Shown: piece by piece, positions 24,364-32,592 of the stretch | Layout of the letters: each line of letters starts with the position of its first letter | How positions within the stretch are numbered: the stretch's first letter is position 1 | Assembly (NCBI GenBank): GCA_050010475.1 | Contig: JBEKKY010000011.1 | Span: 1 to 41,000 of the forward strand | DNA: 41,000 nt | Direction: 5' to 3' | From: Acidobacteriota bacterium | GTDB taxonomy: Bacteria > Acidobacteriota > UBA6911 | Program-made: the position numbers and the translations under genes | The notes under the pieces: model-generated | The model's input: the letters and a program-made list of their open reading frames with translations, nothing else | What the model was told of the DNA's origin: nothing | Databases searched by the model: none

Positions 24364-24867
24364 TCAGGACCCCTGCGGCCTTAAACTCAACTCGCCTATC
24401 AAATTGGCCTTTTCGATGTCCGTTAAACCAATCCCGATCTGTTTGCCCGGTGCAACATCGAGCTCCACTCGACCTTCTGTGACGCCTGCGATCTTACCCT
24501 TGAAGTTTCTCTGGCCCTCTATGGGGAGCCGGGTCCGGATCTTGGCATTTTTCCCGCTAAATCGCCGGAAATCGGATTCCTTGACCAGAGGACGATTCAC
24601 GCCGGGTGAAGATACTTCCAAGACATAGTTGAATGGAATCCAATCCTCCACATCTAGGGCTACCGAAAAACGCCGGCTGAATCGCTCGCAGTCATCCAGT
24701 GAGATCCCGCCGGGCTGATCGATATACGTCCGGACAACAGAGTGGTTTGCATCCCCCTTTACTTCAACAAGAACCACTTCCATGCTCATGGAAGCGGCAA
24801 CCTCTTCCGCCAACTTCGTGATCCTGATTTCCAGGGATTGACGTTGGTTCAAATCCGATACTGCCAT
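24364..24867 (-). CDS. rimP: Ribosome maturation factor RimP
   Basis: 167 aa, immediately upstream of nusA with a 3-nt gap. It has the RimP-like pattern (VLVEVKGD...VVRTYIDQPGGISLDDCERFSR). Confidence 0.88.
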   Translation of the reverse strand: MAVSDLNQRQSLEIRITKLAEEVAASMSMEVVLVEVKGDANHSVVRTYIDQPGGISLDDCERFSRRFSVALDVEDWIPFNYVLEVSSPGVNRPLVKESDFRRFSGKNAKIRTRLPIEGQRNFKGKIAGVTEGRVELDVAPGKQIGIGLTDIEKANLIGELSLRPQGS

Positions 24868-24881
24868 TTTGAACCCTAAAC

Positions 24882-24907
24882 AAAAAAAGTGGGCACTCGC
24901 CCACTTT
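24882..24907 (-). terminator. Intrinsic-terminator-like hairpin in the rimP-nusA-infB leader (candidate attenuator)
   Basis: The minus strand reads AAAGTGGGC-GAGT-GCCCACTTTTTTTG, a GC-rich stem followed by a T7 run. It lies downstream of the 24928-24956 promoter and 14 nt upstream of the rimP ATG. Confidence 0.6.
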
Positions 24908-24927
24908 GTACAAAAGCAGCAGGTGAA

Positions 24928-24956
24928 AGTATACTCGACAAGGTAATAAATATCAA
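24928..24956 (-). promoter_or_regulatory. Sigma70-type promoter of the rimP operon (TTGATA-N17-TATACT)
   Basis: On the minus strand, TTGATA is at 24956-24951 and TATACT at 24933-24928, with a 17-nt spacer. Both hexamers are close to consensus. Confidence 0.6.
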
Positions 24957-24995
24957 CTCCCTGTCGGAATCCGGCCCAGGTTCAACCAGATTTTC

Positions 24996-25066
24996 AATCG
25001 GGGTCGGTATCGGAATCGGTACCGGGGTCGAAAAGCTCGATACCGATTCCGATACCGACCCCGATT
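24996..25066. repeat. Hairpin with hexamer-periodic arms (NNTCGG family, copy 3)
   Basis: Left arm is AATCGG GGTCGG TATCGG AATCGG TACCGG GGTCGA (24996-25031). The reverse complement of the right arm (25037-25066) is AATCGG GGTCGG TATCGG AATCGG TATCGA. It lies 3' of the DUF4340-like gene and upstream of the rimP promoter. Confidence 0.88.
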
Positions 25067-25099
25067 CTAAATTTTGCTGTGGGGTGCCCAATAACGCAG

Positions 25100-26524
25100 C
25101 TACTTCCCGCTCTTCGCAGGGGTAGCCGGAGTGGGTTCTACCATGTCGGCTTGCCCCTTGTTCAAAGCGTCCAGGCCCTCGGGATCGGCCACTTTGACGG
25201 AGGAATCTCCCTTTGCCTGAGCATAAATGCCGCCCTCTTTAGCCGATCTGCCAAAAGAGCAGTCAGCCAGCACCGTGCTCCCCTGCTTCAGAATCACATG
25301 GATGGCTGGTTTATCAAGTCCGTAGGACGCGAGGGGCGCCGGTTTGTCAATCCATTCTTTGACCGGCTTTTCCATAGCATCCAGGATAGCATTGACCGCA
25401 TCCCATTTTGCTTTGGTGTTCGTACCGGCCACAAACCACTCCCCGGCCGGTTTCGAAAAGCTGAAGCTTCCCTTCTGGTTGGTTATCGCGATGAAATCCA
25501 CGTCCCAGCGCTGAATGGGTGCGAGCGCTTTATCCCGGACGTCGTTGGGAGATTTGAGGAGTTTGTCTACCACGTCTTTTTCTACAAAAAACAAATCGGC
25601 CCTTGATTCGTCTTTTGCCAGGTATAATTCCGATAAGGGATTATCAGGATTCCTTTTGGCCGACCCGCTTTCTCCCTTTTTCCGGAGGTTGGATTTTGCC
25701 GAACCGATGACAAGGTGTTTTAACGCTTTATTCTTGCCATAAGTGAGCCGGACATCGATAGTAGGCTTATCCAAGCCCAGGTTTTGGTAATCCTCAGGAG
25801 GGTCATTGAAAAACTCCTTGATTTTTCCCATGGATAAGGCATTCAGAATTCCCCTTACACCGGGAGAATCCGCGGCTATTCTTTCCTTTCCGGCGATCCA
25901 CCATCGGTCGGTGCTGTCCTTCTCGATATCCAAATCTCCTTTCGAGCTTTTCAGGTTTAGCGACTGAACGTCAGGCTGGTCGAAACTCAGGATTCGTTGG
26001 TTCCGCAGATCGTCCAGCTTCTTGTCGAAGGCGCTTGCAGTGGAGCTGGAAACCAGGAATACCTCTTTTCCCCCCGTGACCGCAGCATAAGCGGAATTGC
26101 CTGTGGGATTGCTATTGCCGAAACCGATTGCGTATTCCTTCCCGGCTTTGGTTTTGAGTCTCAAACTTGATTTGGCCGGACTTAATCCGAACTTGGCTAA
26201 ATCTGTCGCATTCGACTCAAGAACACTCTCACGCCGAATATTGGATGCAGAGTTTGCCAGGCTGTTCAGCTCGTCCGAATCGGCATCCAGCGCCCTTGGA
26301 GATGTAAGTGCCCAATTGTTTTCCCCCTGGCGCACTGCAGTGATGTGCTGGCTGGAAGACAACAGATCGATTTGCCGGATGTCCTTGCCTTCGAGCTTCC
26401 ATACCTGGTTTTCAGCCTCTTTAGCCTTTTCGCGCTGCTCGCCCCCTTTGATTTCATAAAAATATAAGTAGCCGCCGAGCAGCAGGCAAACCACCAGCAA
26501 TACGAGCGTACCCTTAAAACGCAT
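25100..26524 (-). CDS. DUF4340-like membrane-anchored protein (partner of GldG-type ABC accessory proteins)
   Basis: 474 aa with a single N-terminal TM helix (GTLVLLVVCLLLGGYLYF) and a large, mostly beta-looking extracytoplasmic part. Its start abuts the gldG-like stop (TAGATG). The family call rests on architecture and context, not on an alignment. Confidence 0.6.
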   Translation of the reverse strand: MRFKGTLVLLVVCLLLGGYLYFYEIKGGEQREKAKEAENQVWKLEGKDIRQIDLLSSSQHITAVRQGENNWALTSPRALDADSDELNSLANSASNIRRESVLESNATDLAKFGLSPAKSSLRLKTKAGKEYAIGFGNSNPTGNSAYAAVTGGKEVFLVSSSTASAFDKKLDDLRNQRILSFDQPDVQSLNLKSSKGDLDIEKDSTDRWWIAGKERIAADSPGVRGILNALSMGKIKEFFNDPPEDYQNLGLDKPTIDVRLTYGKNKALKHLVIGSAKSNLRKKGESGSAKRNPDNPLSELYLAKDESRADLFFVEKDVVDKLLKSPNDVRDKALAPIQRWDVDFIAITNQKGSFSFSKPAGEWFVAGTNTKAKWDAVNAILDAMEKPVKEWIDKPAPLASYGLDKPAIHVILKQGSTVLADCSFGRSAKEGGIYAQAKGDSSVKVADPEGLDALNKGQADMVEPTPATPAKSGK

Positions 26525-28108
26525 CTATCTCCTCCGGCGATTCCAGACAACCGCGAACCCAGTGATAAGCGCAATGCCGGGCAGTACAATAACGGTGAAC
26601 AGCAGCAGCATTCTCATCTGGGCTTGAGAGAGGAGGATCCGTCGATCTTCAGGCGGCTTCGGTCGGATAGAAATCAGGTCCTCATCTTGCGCAAGCCAAC
26701 TGACCATGTTCAGGAACAGATTCCCGTTACCCTGCGGGAAATAGGCGTTCACCGGGAAATTCGAAGTTCCCGTCACGACCATCCGGGACTTTATTGCCGG
26801 AGCTTTATCGGAAGCAGGTTTGACTTCCTTCGTTGCCGCCACCGCAAGCGGAAGCGGGCCTTTGAGGTCAACGCCGGCGTCGTACGAGGCTTGCTTGCTC
26901 TTCAGATCCGTTTCGCCCCAGCTGTTGGGATTGCTCTTGAACAGCGTATCCACAGTCGTTCCGCTCGGGATTGTCTTCTCCGGCTCTATCGAGCGGGTAA
27001 TGGGGAAAAAGGTCATCGTTCGGAAGCGATCTGTGATTTTGTGGTTTTCGTAGCTGAGCACGAGTGGATAAGTGGGACCGGCGCCGAAAAGCCTGCCCGC
27101 GCCGCTGAAATCGATCACCAAGTCATTATCCGCTTCGACTCCCCAATCCTTAAGAATCGGATCGAGCGTTGGAGCCTGCGGATCGACCAGCAAAAATAAG
27201 CTTGTGCCCCCTTTATTCAGAAAGTCTTTGATGAACTGCAGTTCCTGAGGGAAAGGCTCCATCGTCGGCCCTGCTTCAATAAGGACCCTCGCATCATCGG
27301 GCACTTTTCCCTCACTGGCGAGATTCACCGTGTCGACCTTATACCCCTGGCCCTCCATTCCCTTTTTGGCTTCGGAGTAACCGCCGCGATCGGTATCGGA
27401 CGGGGTTTTTTCGCCGTGTCCCTGGATGAAATAGATCTTCTTGGCTTCAGACTGGCCTGCCTTGATGATCGCATTCGTAAGATCTTCCTCCTGAACCTCT
27501 TCGGACCGCTTCTCGATTTTTTCTTTGCGAGCCCCATATGAAACGATCACCGTCCCGAATTTGAGCTGAGACCCTGTGAACGGATTTTGGGCTGTGCCAT
27601 ATACCGTAACGTCATTCTGTTTCGCCACGTCCGGCTGCCTGTCGGGATCAATGAACTCGTAGTGCATGTGCGGACTTGCAGTCTTGTATTCTACGAGCAG
27701 TTCTTTTAATGGAGCGTAATCGCCTCCGGGAAAGAAAGCTTTGATATCGACATCGTTACTCAATTTTCCGAGGATTTGGATTGTTTGCGGAGCAAGCGTG
27801 AAGCGTCCGATTGCCGTCGTGTCTATGCGCTTTGGATGCCGCTGGCCGATGAAGTTCAAACCTGAAACCACCGCGATGACCAGAATCAGCGAAATCACAT
27901 AGTTGCTGGCGTATTTCGTCGAGCGCTTTCCCAGAGATTCCAGGATCCGCCGGTAATTCGATGCGATCCCGACAATCACCAGCAGGCCGCCGACAATCGC
28001 AAGCGCCACATTCCATTTTTCCCAGACATTGGACACTGAATACCCGATGACTGCAGCCACCAAAAGCAACAGGCCTAATGTATCAAATTTCTGTAGATAT
28101 TTTTTCAT
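26525..28108 (-). CDS. GldG-like ABC-transport auxiliary protein
   Basis: About 527 aa with N-terminal TM helices, a large periplasmic domain and a C-terminal TM anchor (LLLFTVIVLPGIALITGFAVVW). The ATG at 28106-28108 overlaps the permease stop (TAATG). An alternative GTG is at 28120. Confidence 0.7.
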   Translation of the reverse strand: MKKYLQKFDTLGLLLLVAAVIGYSVSNVWEKWNVALAIVGGLLVIVGIASNYRRILESLGKRSTKYASNYVISLILVIAVVSGLNFIGQRHPKRIDTTAIGRFTLAPQTIQILGKLSNDVDIKAFFPGGDYAPLKELLVEYKTASPHMHYEFIDPDRQPDVAKQNDVTVYGTAQNPFTGSQLKFGTVIVSYGARKEKIEKRSEEVQEEDLTNAIIKAGQSEAKKIYFIQGHGEKTPSDTDRGGYSEAKKGMEGQGYKVDTVNLASEGKVPDDARVLIEAGPTMEPFPQELQFIKDFLNKGGTSLFLLVDPQAPTLDPILKDWGVEADNDLVIDFSGAGRLFGAGPTYPLVLSYENHKITDRFRTMTFFPITRSIEPEKTIPSGTTVDTLFKSNPNSWGETDLKSKQASYDAGVDLKGPLPLAVAATKEVKPASDKAPAIKSRMVVTGTSNFPVNAYFPQGNGNLFLNMVSWLAQDEDLISIRPKPPEDRRILLSQAQMRMLLLFTVIVLPGIALITGFAVVWNRRRR

Positions 28109-28878
28109 TAGCCTTTCCACCGCATGGACTCAAGTGAGCGATATGCCAGAAAAAGTCCGACGAAAGCAAATGTCAGGTAATAGATCACGTGAGAAGTGTC
28201 GATCACCCCTTTAATGAAATCATCAAGGTGACTGATTACCGACAAATAGCTGATGACACTCTTGGCGACTCCCGTGGCTGAAGCTGCAAAAACACTAACC
28301 AGCCAGAGAACAAGGCTTACCCCGAATGTTAGGATAACCGCCACGATCTGGTTTTCGGTCAGCGTGGAGATAAACACCCCGAGCGCCAAAAGCGCCGCGC
28401 CGTAAAGGAACATGCCGAAATATCCCGAAAGAATAGGCTTCAAATCCGGCTGGCTGTAGACGAAAAGGGATGAAATCGTTATCGCGCTGGACACGAACAG
28501 GATCACCAGGAAAGTAAGACTGGCCAGGTATTTTCCCATCAGTGCCTGAAAATTGCCGACCGGCGTTGTGAGCAGAAGCTCGATCGTTCCGCGTTTCTTT
28601 TCCTCGGAGAAAAGAGCCATCGTCAGCATGGGGATCAGAAACAGCAGAATCACGGTTGTAGTCCTAAATAACGACTGGGTCACGTAAGCCGGAACGTCGA
28701 TTGGCTGCATGCTCTGGCCCGTCTGCGCTGTCGTCATCATGAATTGATACACTTCCGTGAGATTTCCGAAGAAAATCAAGCCGGAGAGGAAAAGAAAGAC
28801 AACCAAGACTACGTAAGCAATCGGCGAGACAAAATAGCTCTTCATTTCGCGCTGCCAGATTGCCAGAATGTTTTGCAT
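28108..28878 (-). CDS. ABC-2 type transporter permease (GldF-like)
   Basis: 256 aa with six predicted TM helices. It lies 1 nt after the ATPase gene. Confidence 0.8.
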   Translation of the reverse strand: MQNILAIWQREMKSYFVSPIAYVVLVVFLFLSGLIFFGNLTEVYQFMMTTAQTGQSMQPIDVPAYVTQSLFRTTTVILLFLIPMLTMALFSEEKKRGTIELLLTTPVGNFQALMGKYLASLTFLVILFVSSAITISSLFVYSQPDLKPILSGYFGMFLYGAALLALGVFISTLTENQIVAVILTFGVSLVLWLVSVFAASATGVAKSVISYLSVISHLDDFIKGVIDTSHVIYYLTFAFVGLFLAYRSLESMRWKG

Positions 28879-28879
28879 T

Positions 28880-29818
28880 TTAAGCCTCTTCCTTGGTGAT
28901 CAGGTTGATGAAAACGTCCTCAAGACTCATGGAAACGCCGCGCAGTTCGAGCAATCCCCAGCCCTGCGACACAACGGTTGCGGCGAGCAAGCGCCTAAGA
29001 TCGCTGTTCAGTTTGCATTCAACTGAGTAGGTTGCGGAATTGCCTGCCGCCTCACCCACCTGCACCCGCAATACGCCGTCAATGCCTGCCAGCTTTTCAC
29101 GGATTGCTTCCACCGGTCCGTCAACCGTCAAGGATATTCGTTCGGCTCCGCTCATCTGGTGAGCCAGACCCTGTGGAGTATCCATTGCTACCAGCTTACC
29201 TTTATTGATGATGACGACCCGATTACATGTCATGCTGACTTCGGGCAGAATATGGGTCGAAAGAATTACCGTATGGGTCGAGGCGAGCCCTTTGATCAGG
29301 GAGCGAACTTCGTGGATCTGCTTGGGGTCCAGGCCGAGCGTGGGTTCGTCGAGTATCAGGACTTCCGGGTTGTTCAGCAGCGCCTGCGCCAGCCCGACCC
29401 GCTGCTTATACCCCTTTGAAAGCTTTCCGATAATACGATTCCGCACGTCCCCCAGGTTGCATTTTCCAATCGCGTCATCCACCTGAGCTTTGCGTTGATT
29501 CGATCTGGCGCCCTTGATCTTGGCCACGAAATCCAGATAGGACGTTACCGTCATTTCGGGATACAGCGGAGGGCTTTCGGGAAGATAACCGATCCGCTTT
29601 CTAACTTCCATGCTTTCTTCGAAGACGTCGTATCCCGCAATCCTGGCAGTGCCCTCCGTCGAGGGCATGTAGCAGGTGAGGATGCGCATCGTTGTGGTCT
29701 TCCCGGCGCCGTTGGGGCCAAGAAACCCGAGGACCTCTCCTTTTTCTACCTTAAATGAGACGTCATCTACGGCCTTGCGGACGCCATAAACTTTGCTGAC
29801 ATGCTCTACTTCGATCAC
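28880..29818 (-). CDS. ABC transporter ATP-binding protein (GldA/CcmA-like)
   Basis: Walker A GPNGAGKTT, signature LSKGYKQRV and Walker B LILDEP are present. GTG start with a strong RBS (GGGAGGAAAGG). Confidence 0.92.
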   Translation of the reverse strand: MIEVEHVSKVYGVRKAVDDVSFKVEKGEVLGFLGPNGAGKTTTMRILTCYMPSTEGTARIAGYDVFEESMEVRKRIGYLPESPPLYPEMTVTSYLDFVAKIKGARSNQRKAQVDDAIGKCNLGDVRNRIIGKLSKGYKQRVGLAQALLNNPEVLILDEPTLGLDPKQIHEVRSLIKGLASTHTVILSTHILPEVSMTCNRVVIINKGKLVAMDTPQGLAHQMSGAERISLTVDGPVEAIREKLAGIDGVLRVQVGEAAGNSATYSVECKLNSDLRRLLAATVVSQGWGLLELRGVSMSLEDVFINLITKEEA

Positions 29819-29861
29819 GCCTTTCCTCCCAGGATTGATTTGCAGGGTTTAAAAAACTTGA

Positions 29862-29890
29862 ATTCTAGTGAAAAGCCTTGATCGAGTCAA
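29862..29890 (-). promoter_or_regulatory. Sigma70-type promoter of the ABC/gldG-like operon (TTGACT-N17-TAGAAT)
   Basis: On the minus strand, TTGACT is at 29890-29885 and TAGAAT at 29867-29862, with a 17-nt spacer. It is about 45 nt upstream of the GTG start. Confidence 0.55.
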
Positions 29891-30071
29891 CCAAGCTGTT
29901 TGGTTGCTCAATTTGCCCGTAACCATTAGTTTCAGTTCTCCATAAGGAGAAATGCCATAGATTTCATAGAATTTATGGGAAATTTAAGAAATTCGTGAAG
30001 TCCGCCTGGTTGTTTTCCTCGTAATTCCATGGTATTTCAAAGGAAATTCATACGTGGAAACCAAAAAGCGG

Positions 30072-30100
30072 TTGCGAAAATTAGAACGCAATGTTATAAA
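30072..30100 (+). promoter_or_regulatory. Candidate promoter upstream of rpoD (TTGCGA-N17-TATAAA)
   Basis: This is a hexamer match only, about 280 nt upstream of the rpoD ATG in an AT-rich 560-bp gap. Other weaker candidates exist. Confidence 0.3.
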
Positions 30101-30379
30101 TAAAACCCGGAACGAATTGAATGCTCTTCCGTATTAATCGGGCGTAATGATGTTCCAACCTGATACAACGGGGTATACACGTTGAGGTATATAAAAATTC
30201 ATCCAGCCCGCTGAAACAATTCTCAATTTCGACTATCTATACTTGATGTAATCGCTCTCGGGTATTTGAGATGTCGGGATCAATAACCACGAATCCCCCC
30301 CAAGTCATTGCCGAGGCAGGTTAGTTTTGGAGGTATGGGGTTTTCGAAAAAATCTCTCCCTAGAAGGATATTAGTAACG

Positions 30380-31975
30380 ATGATCGAATTAGAAAACGAC
30401 GATGTCCTGGAAGAAACTGAATACGACTCCATCGATTTGGACGAGGAAGGTCTGTCAGGGGATTCTGAGGCATTTCCAAGACTTACACGGGCCAACTATG
30501 TCGACAGAGTTCGATTTGCTCGCGTTCCCAGTGAAAGCAGGCCGGTTGGGAAAGGCGAAGAGCCTGCGGCTTCAGCAGACCCTCTCTATATCTATTACAG
30601 AAGCATGAGCAAAATTCCTTTGCTCACGCGCGAACAAGAGGTCTACTTGGCCAAGAAAATCGAATCTGCCAAGCTCAACACTTTGAGGCTTCTGTCGCTG
30701 ACTACCATCAATAGTTACAAACTGATGGAACTGGCAGAAGAGCTCCAGCCTGTCGGAGTGCAGAGTGCCCTGCCCCAGTTTGGGATGGAGGAGAAACGGG
30801 AACCCGAAACCGAGATTTCCCTTGAAGAACGCACACGGCTCCGCATCCGGCAGATTCGCCGAATAATCTCCCGTCTTGAGAAACTCGAAACCAAGTACCG
30901 GCGGGCGAAAGGCAATTATCAGAGAAGCAGGACCAAAGGAAGCAGAGATCTTAACGGGATGAAGAATAATCGGGAGGCCATCTACACTTCTCTGCAGAAG
31001 ATTGACTTTTCCGAAAACCAGATCAGCACCCTGATTGGCAGCGTGGAAGATGTTTTGCATCAGATGGAAGCGGCGCAATCAGCGGTGAAGACGCTTTCCC
31101 AACGTCAGGATTCGAATTCCAAGGCAGTGCGCGAAGCGCGAGCCCGCCGGATTCAGCTTGAATCCCAATACCTGACCAACACGGACGAGCTTCGTAAGAT
31201 TCTTGCGCTGATCAGTGAAAACAAGATCGAAATGCTGCACGCCAAGGATCAATTCGTGCGGTCGAATTTAAGACTGGTCCTGAGCATAGCAAAAAACTAC
31301 TCCTATCCCGGTCTGGACCTTCTTGACTTGGTGCAGGAAGGAAACATCGGCCTTATGAAGGCCGTTGACAAGTTCAATTACCGCCTTGGCCACAAGTTCT
31401 CGACTTACGCGACCTGGTGGATACGGCAGAGCATCACGCGCGCAATCGCGGATCAAGGAAGAACGATTCGCATCCCCGTTCACATGGTGGAAGCGATGAA
31501 CCGCGTGTTGAAAGTCGCAAACGAGCTTACGAAGCGTAATGGGCGCGAACCGTCTGTCCATGAGCTGGCCAAAGAGCTCAAAACTCCGGTTTCGAAAATA
31601 ACGCAGATTTTGAAAGCTGCCCAAGAGCCGATTTCGCTCGAGGCCAGCATCGCGGACAACAAAGACGCTGTGCTGAACAAGTTCATTGAAGACAAGAATG
31701 CGACATCACCCGACGAAGACGTTATGAAGCATAACCTTCGAGAAGTGACCAGCTCTGCTCTCCAATCTCTGTCTCCTCGTGAGCAGGAAATCGTAAGGAT
31801 GCGTTACGGCCTCAACGACACAGGGAAAGAATATACCCTGCAGGAAGTCGGGGAGATATTCCAGGTGACGAGGGAACGGATACGGCAGATTGAAGAAAAG
31901 GCTCTCTTGAAGCTTCGCAGTCCTTATCGCTCAAACAAACTGCGCGAATTTGCTGATTTTGTCAGCAAGAATTGA
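30380..31975 (+). CDS. rpoD: Primary RNA polymerase sigma factor (sigma-70)
   Basis: An acidic region 1.1 is followed by region 1.2 ([29 protein letters not shown]). Region 2 reads [12 protein letters not shown]...[31 protein letters not shown]. Regions 3 and 4 follow ([21 protein letters not shown]). I prefer the ATG at 30380 ([14 protein letters not shown] upstream); the ORF track starts at 30308. Confidence 0.95.
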   Translation: MIELENDDVLEETEYDSIDLDEEGLSGDSEAFPRLTRANYVDRVRFARVPSESRPVGKGEEPAASADPLYIYYRSMSKIPLLTREQEVYLAKKIESAKLNTLRLLSLTTINSYKLMELAEELQPVGVQSALPQFGMEEKREPETEISLEERTRLRIRQIRRIISRLEKLETKYRRAKGNYQRSRTKGSRDLNGMKNNREAIYTSLQKIDFSENQISTLIGSVEDVLHQMEAAQSAVKTLSQRQDSNSKAVREARARRIQLESQYLTNTDELRKILALISENKIEMLHAKDQFVRSNLRLVLSIAKNYSYPGLDLLDLVQEGNIGLMKAVDKFNYRLGHKFSTYATWWIRQSITRAIADQGRTIRIPVHMVEAMNRVLKVANELTKRNGREPSVHELAKELKTPVSKITQILKAAQEPISLEASIADNKDAVLNKFIEDKNATSPDEDVMKHNLREVTSSALQSLSPREQEIVRMRYGLNDTGKEYTLQEVGEIFQVTRERIRQIEEKALLKLRSPYRSNKLREFADFVSKN

Positions 31976-31981
31976 TTTCAG

Positions 31982-32010
31982 TCCGCGGCAGGATCAACTC
32001 CTGCCGCGGA
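31982..32010. terminator. 12-bp perfect hairpin between convergent rpoD and hup
   Basis: TCCGCGGCAGGA - TCAAC - TCCTGCCGCGGA. There are no flanking T-runs. Confidence 0.55.
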
Positions 32011-32014
32011 TAAC

Positions 32015-32287
32015 CTAACGAACGGCCTTTTTGAGTTCGCTTCCAGACGCAAATTTTGGAACTTTGCGGGCGGCGATTTTGATCGCAGCGCCGGTCTGAG
32101 GATTGCGTCCCGTTCTGGCCTTTCTTTTGGCCACGGAGAAAGTTCCAAAACCCACGATTGTAACTTTCTGGCCCTTTTTCAAAGAAGCGGTTATGCCCCC
32201 GACGATCGAATTAAAAGCGGCCTCCGCCTGCGATTTAGTAAGGCCAACTTCCTTCGCAATTTTTCCTACCAGATCACCCTTGTTCAA
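32015..32287 (-). CDS. hup: HU-family nucleoid-associated DNA-binding protein
   Basis: The core is NKGDLVGKIAKEVGLTKSQAEAAFNSIV...GFGTFSVAKRKARTGRNPQTGAAIKI. A TTG at 32285-32287 gives the canonical 90-aa HU and is preceded by AAGGGGGA at 6 nt. The ORF track extends 8 codons further, to 32311. Confidence 0.92.
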   Translation of the reverse strand: MNKGDLVGKIAKEVGLTKSQAEAAFNSIVGGITASLKKGQKVTIVGFGTFSVAKRKARTGRNPQTGAAIKIAARKVPKFASGSELKKAVR

Positions 32288-32337
32288 AGAGAGTCCCCCT
32301 TTCTGCACCAATTTTTAGGATATGAGGAAACGGGCGA

Positions 32338-32367
32338 GTAATAACACCGCGCCGTCCTGCGAGTCAA
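32338..32367 (-). promoter_or_regulatory. Candidate hup promoter (TTGACT-N18-TATTAC)
   Basis: On the minus strand, TTGACT is at 32367-32362 and TATTAC at 32343-32338. This is a hexamer match only. Confidence 0.3.
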
Positions 32368-32420
32368 GCGAAATCCATGATGGCATAGCGATGCCGATTT
32401 ATCGGATTTCCTATCGAAAA

Positions 32421-32487
32421 ACGTTTGCGCGTCTACGGGTTCACGTGTTAATGCGTAAACGCGTGAATCCGTAAATGCGTAAACGCT
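32421..32487. repeat. Octamer-periodic tract / imperfect palindrome (ACGC/ACGG + A/T tail units)
   Basis: The minus strand reads TTTACGCA TTTACGGA TTCACGCG TTTACGCA TTAACACG TGAACCCG TAGACGCG. The halves are partly self-complementary, for example TTCACGTGTT / AAACGCGTGAA. It lies in the divergent hup / GH57 control region. Confidence 0.75.
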
Positions 32488-32592
32488 CATCTGGCAGGCC
32501 GGGCTTGAATTTTGCTATTCTGACAAAGGGCCTATCCGGTAATTGAAAGGGATATCTTTCCCGTAGCGATGGGTTTCCTGGTGGGAGCGATC

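Noticed and set aside
30280-30495. 71-aa minus-strand ORF at the rpoD 5' end
   Set aside because: It overlaps the acidic N-terminal region of rpoD in antisense and is Ser-rich and low-complexity. It is a shadow ORF.
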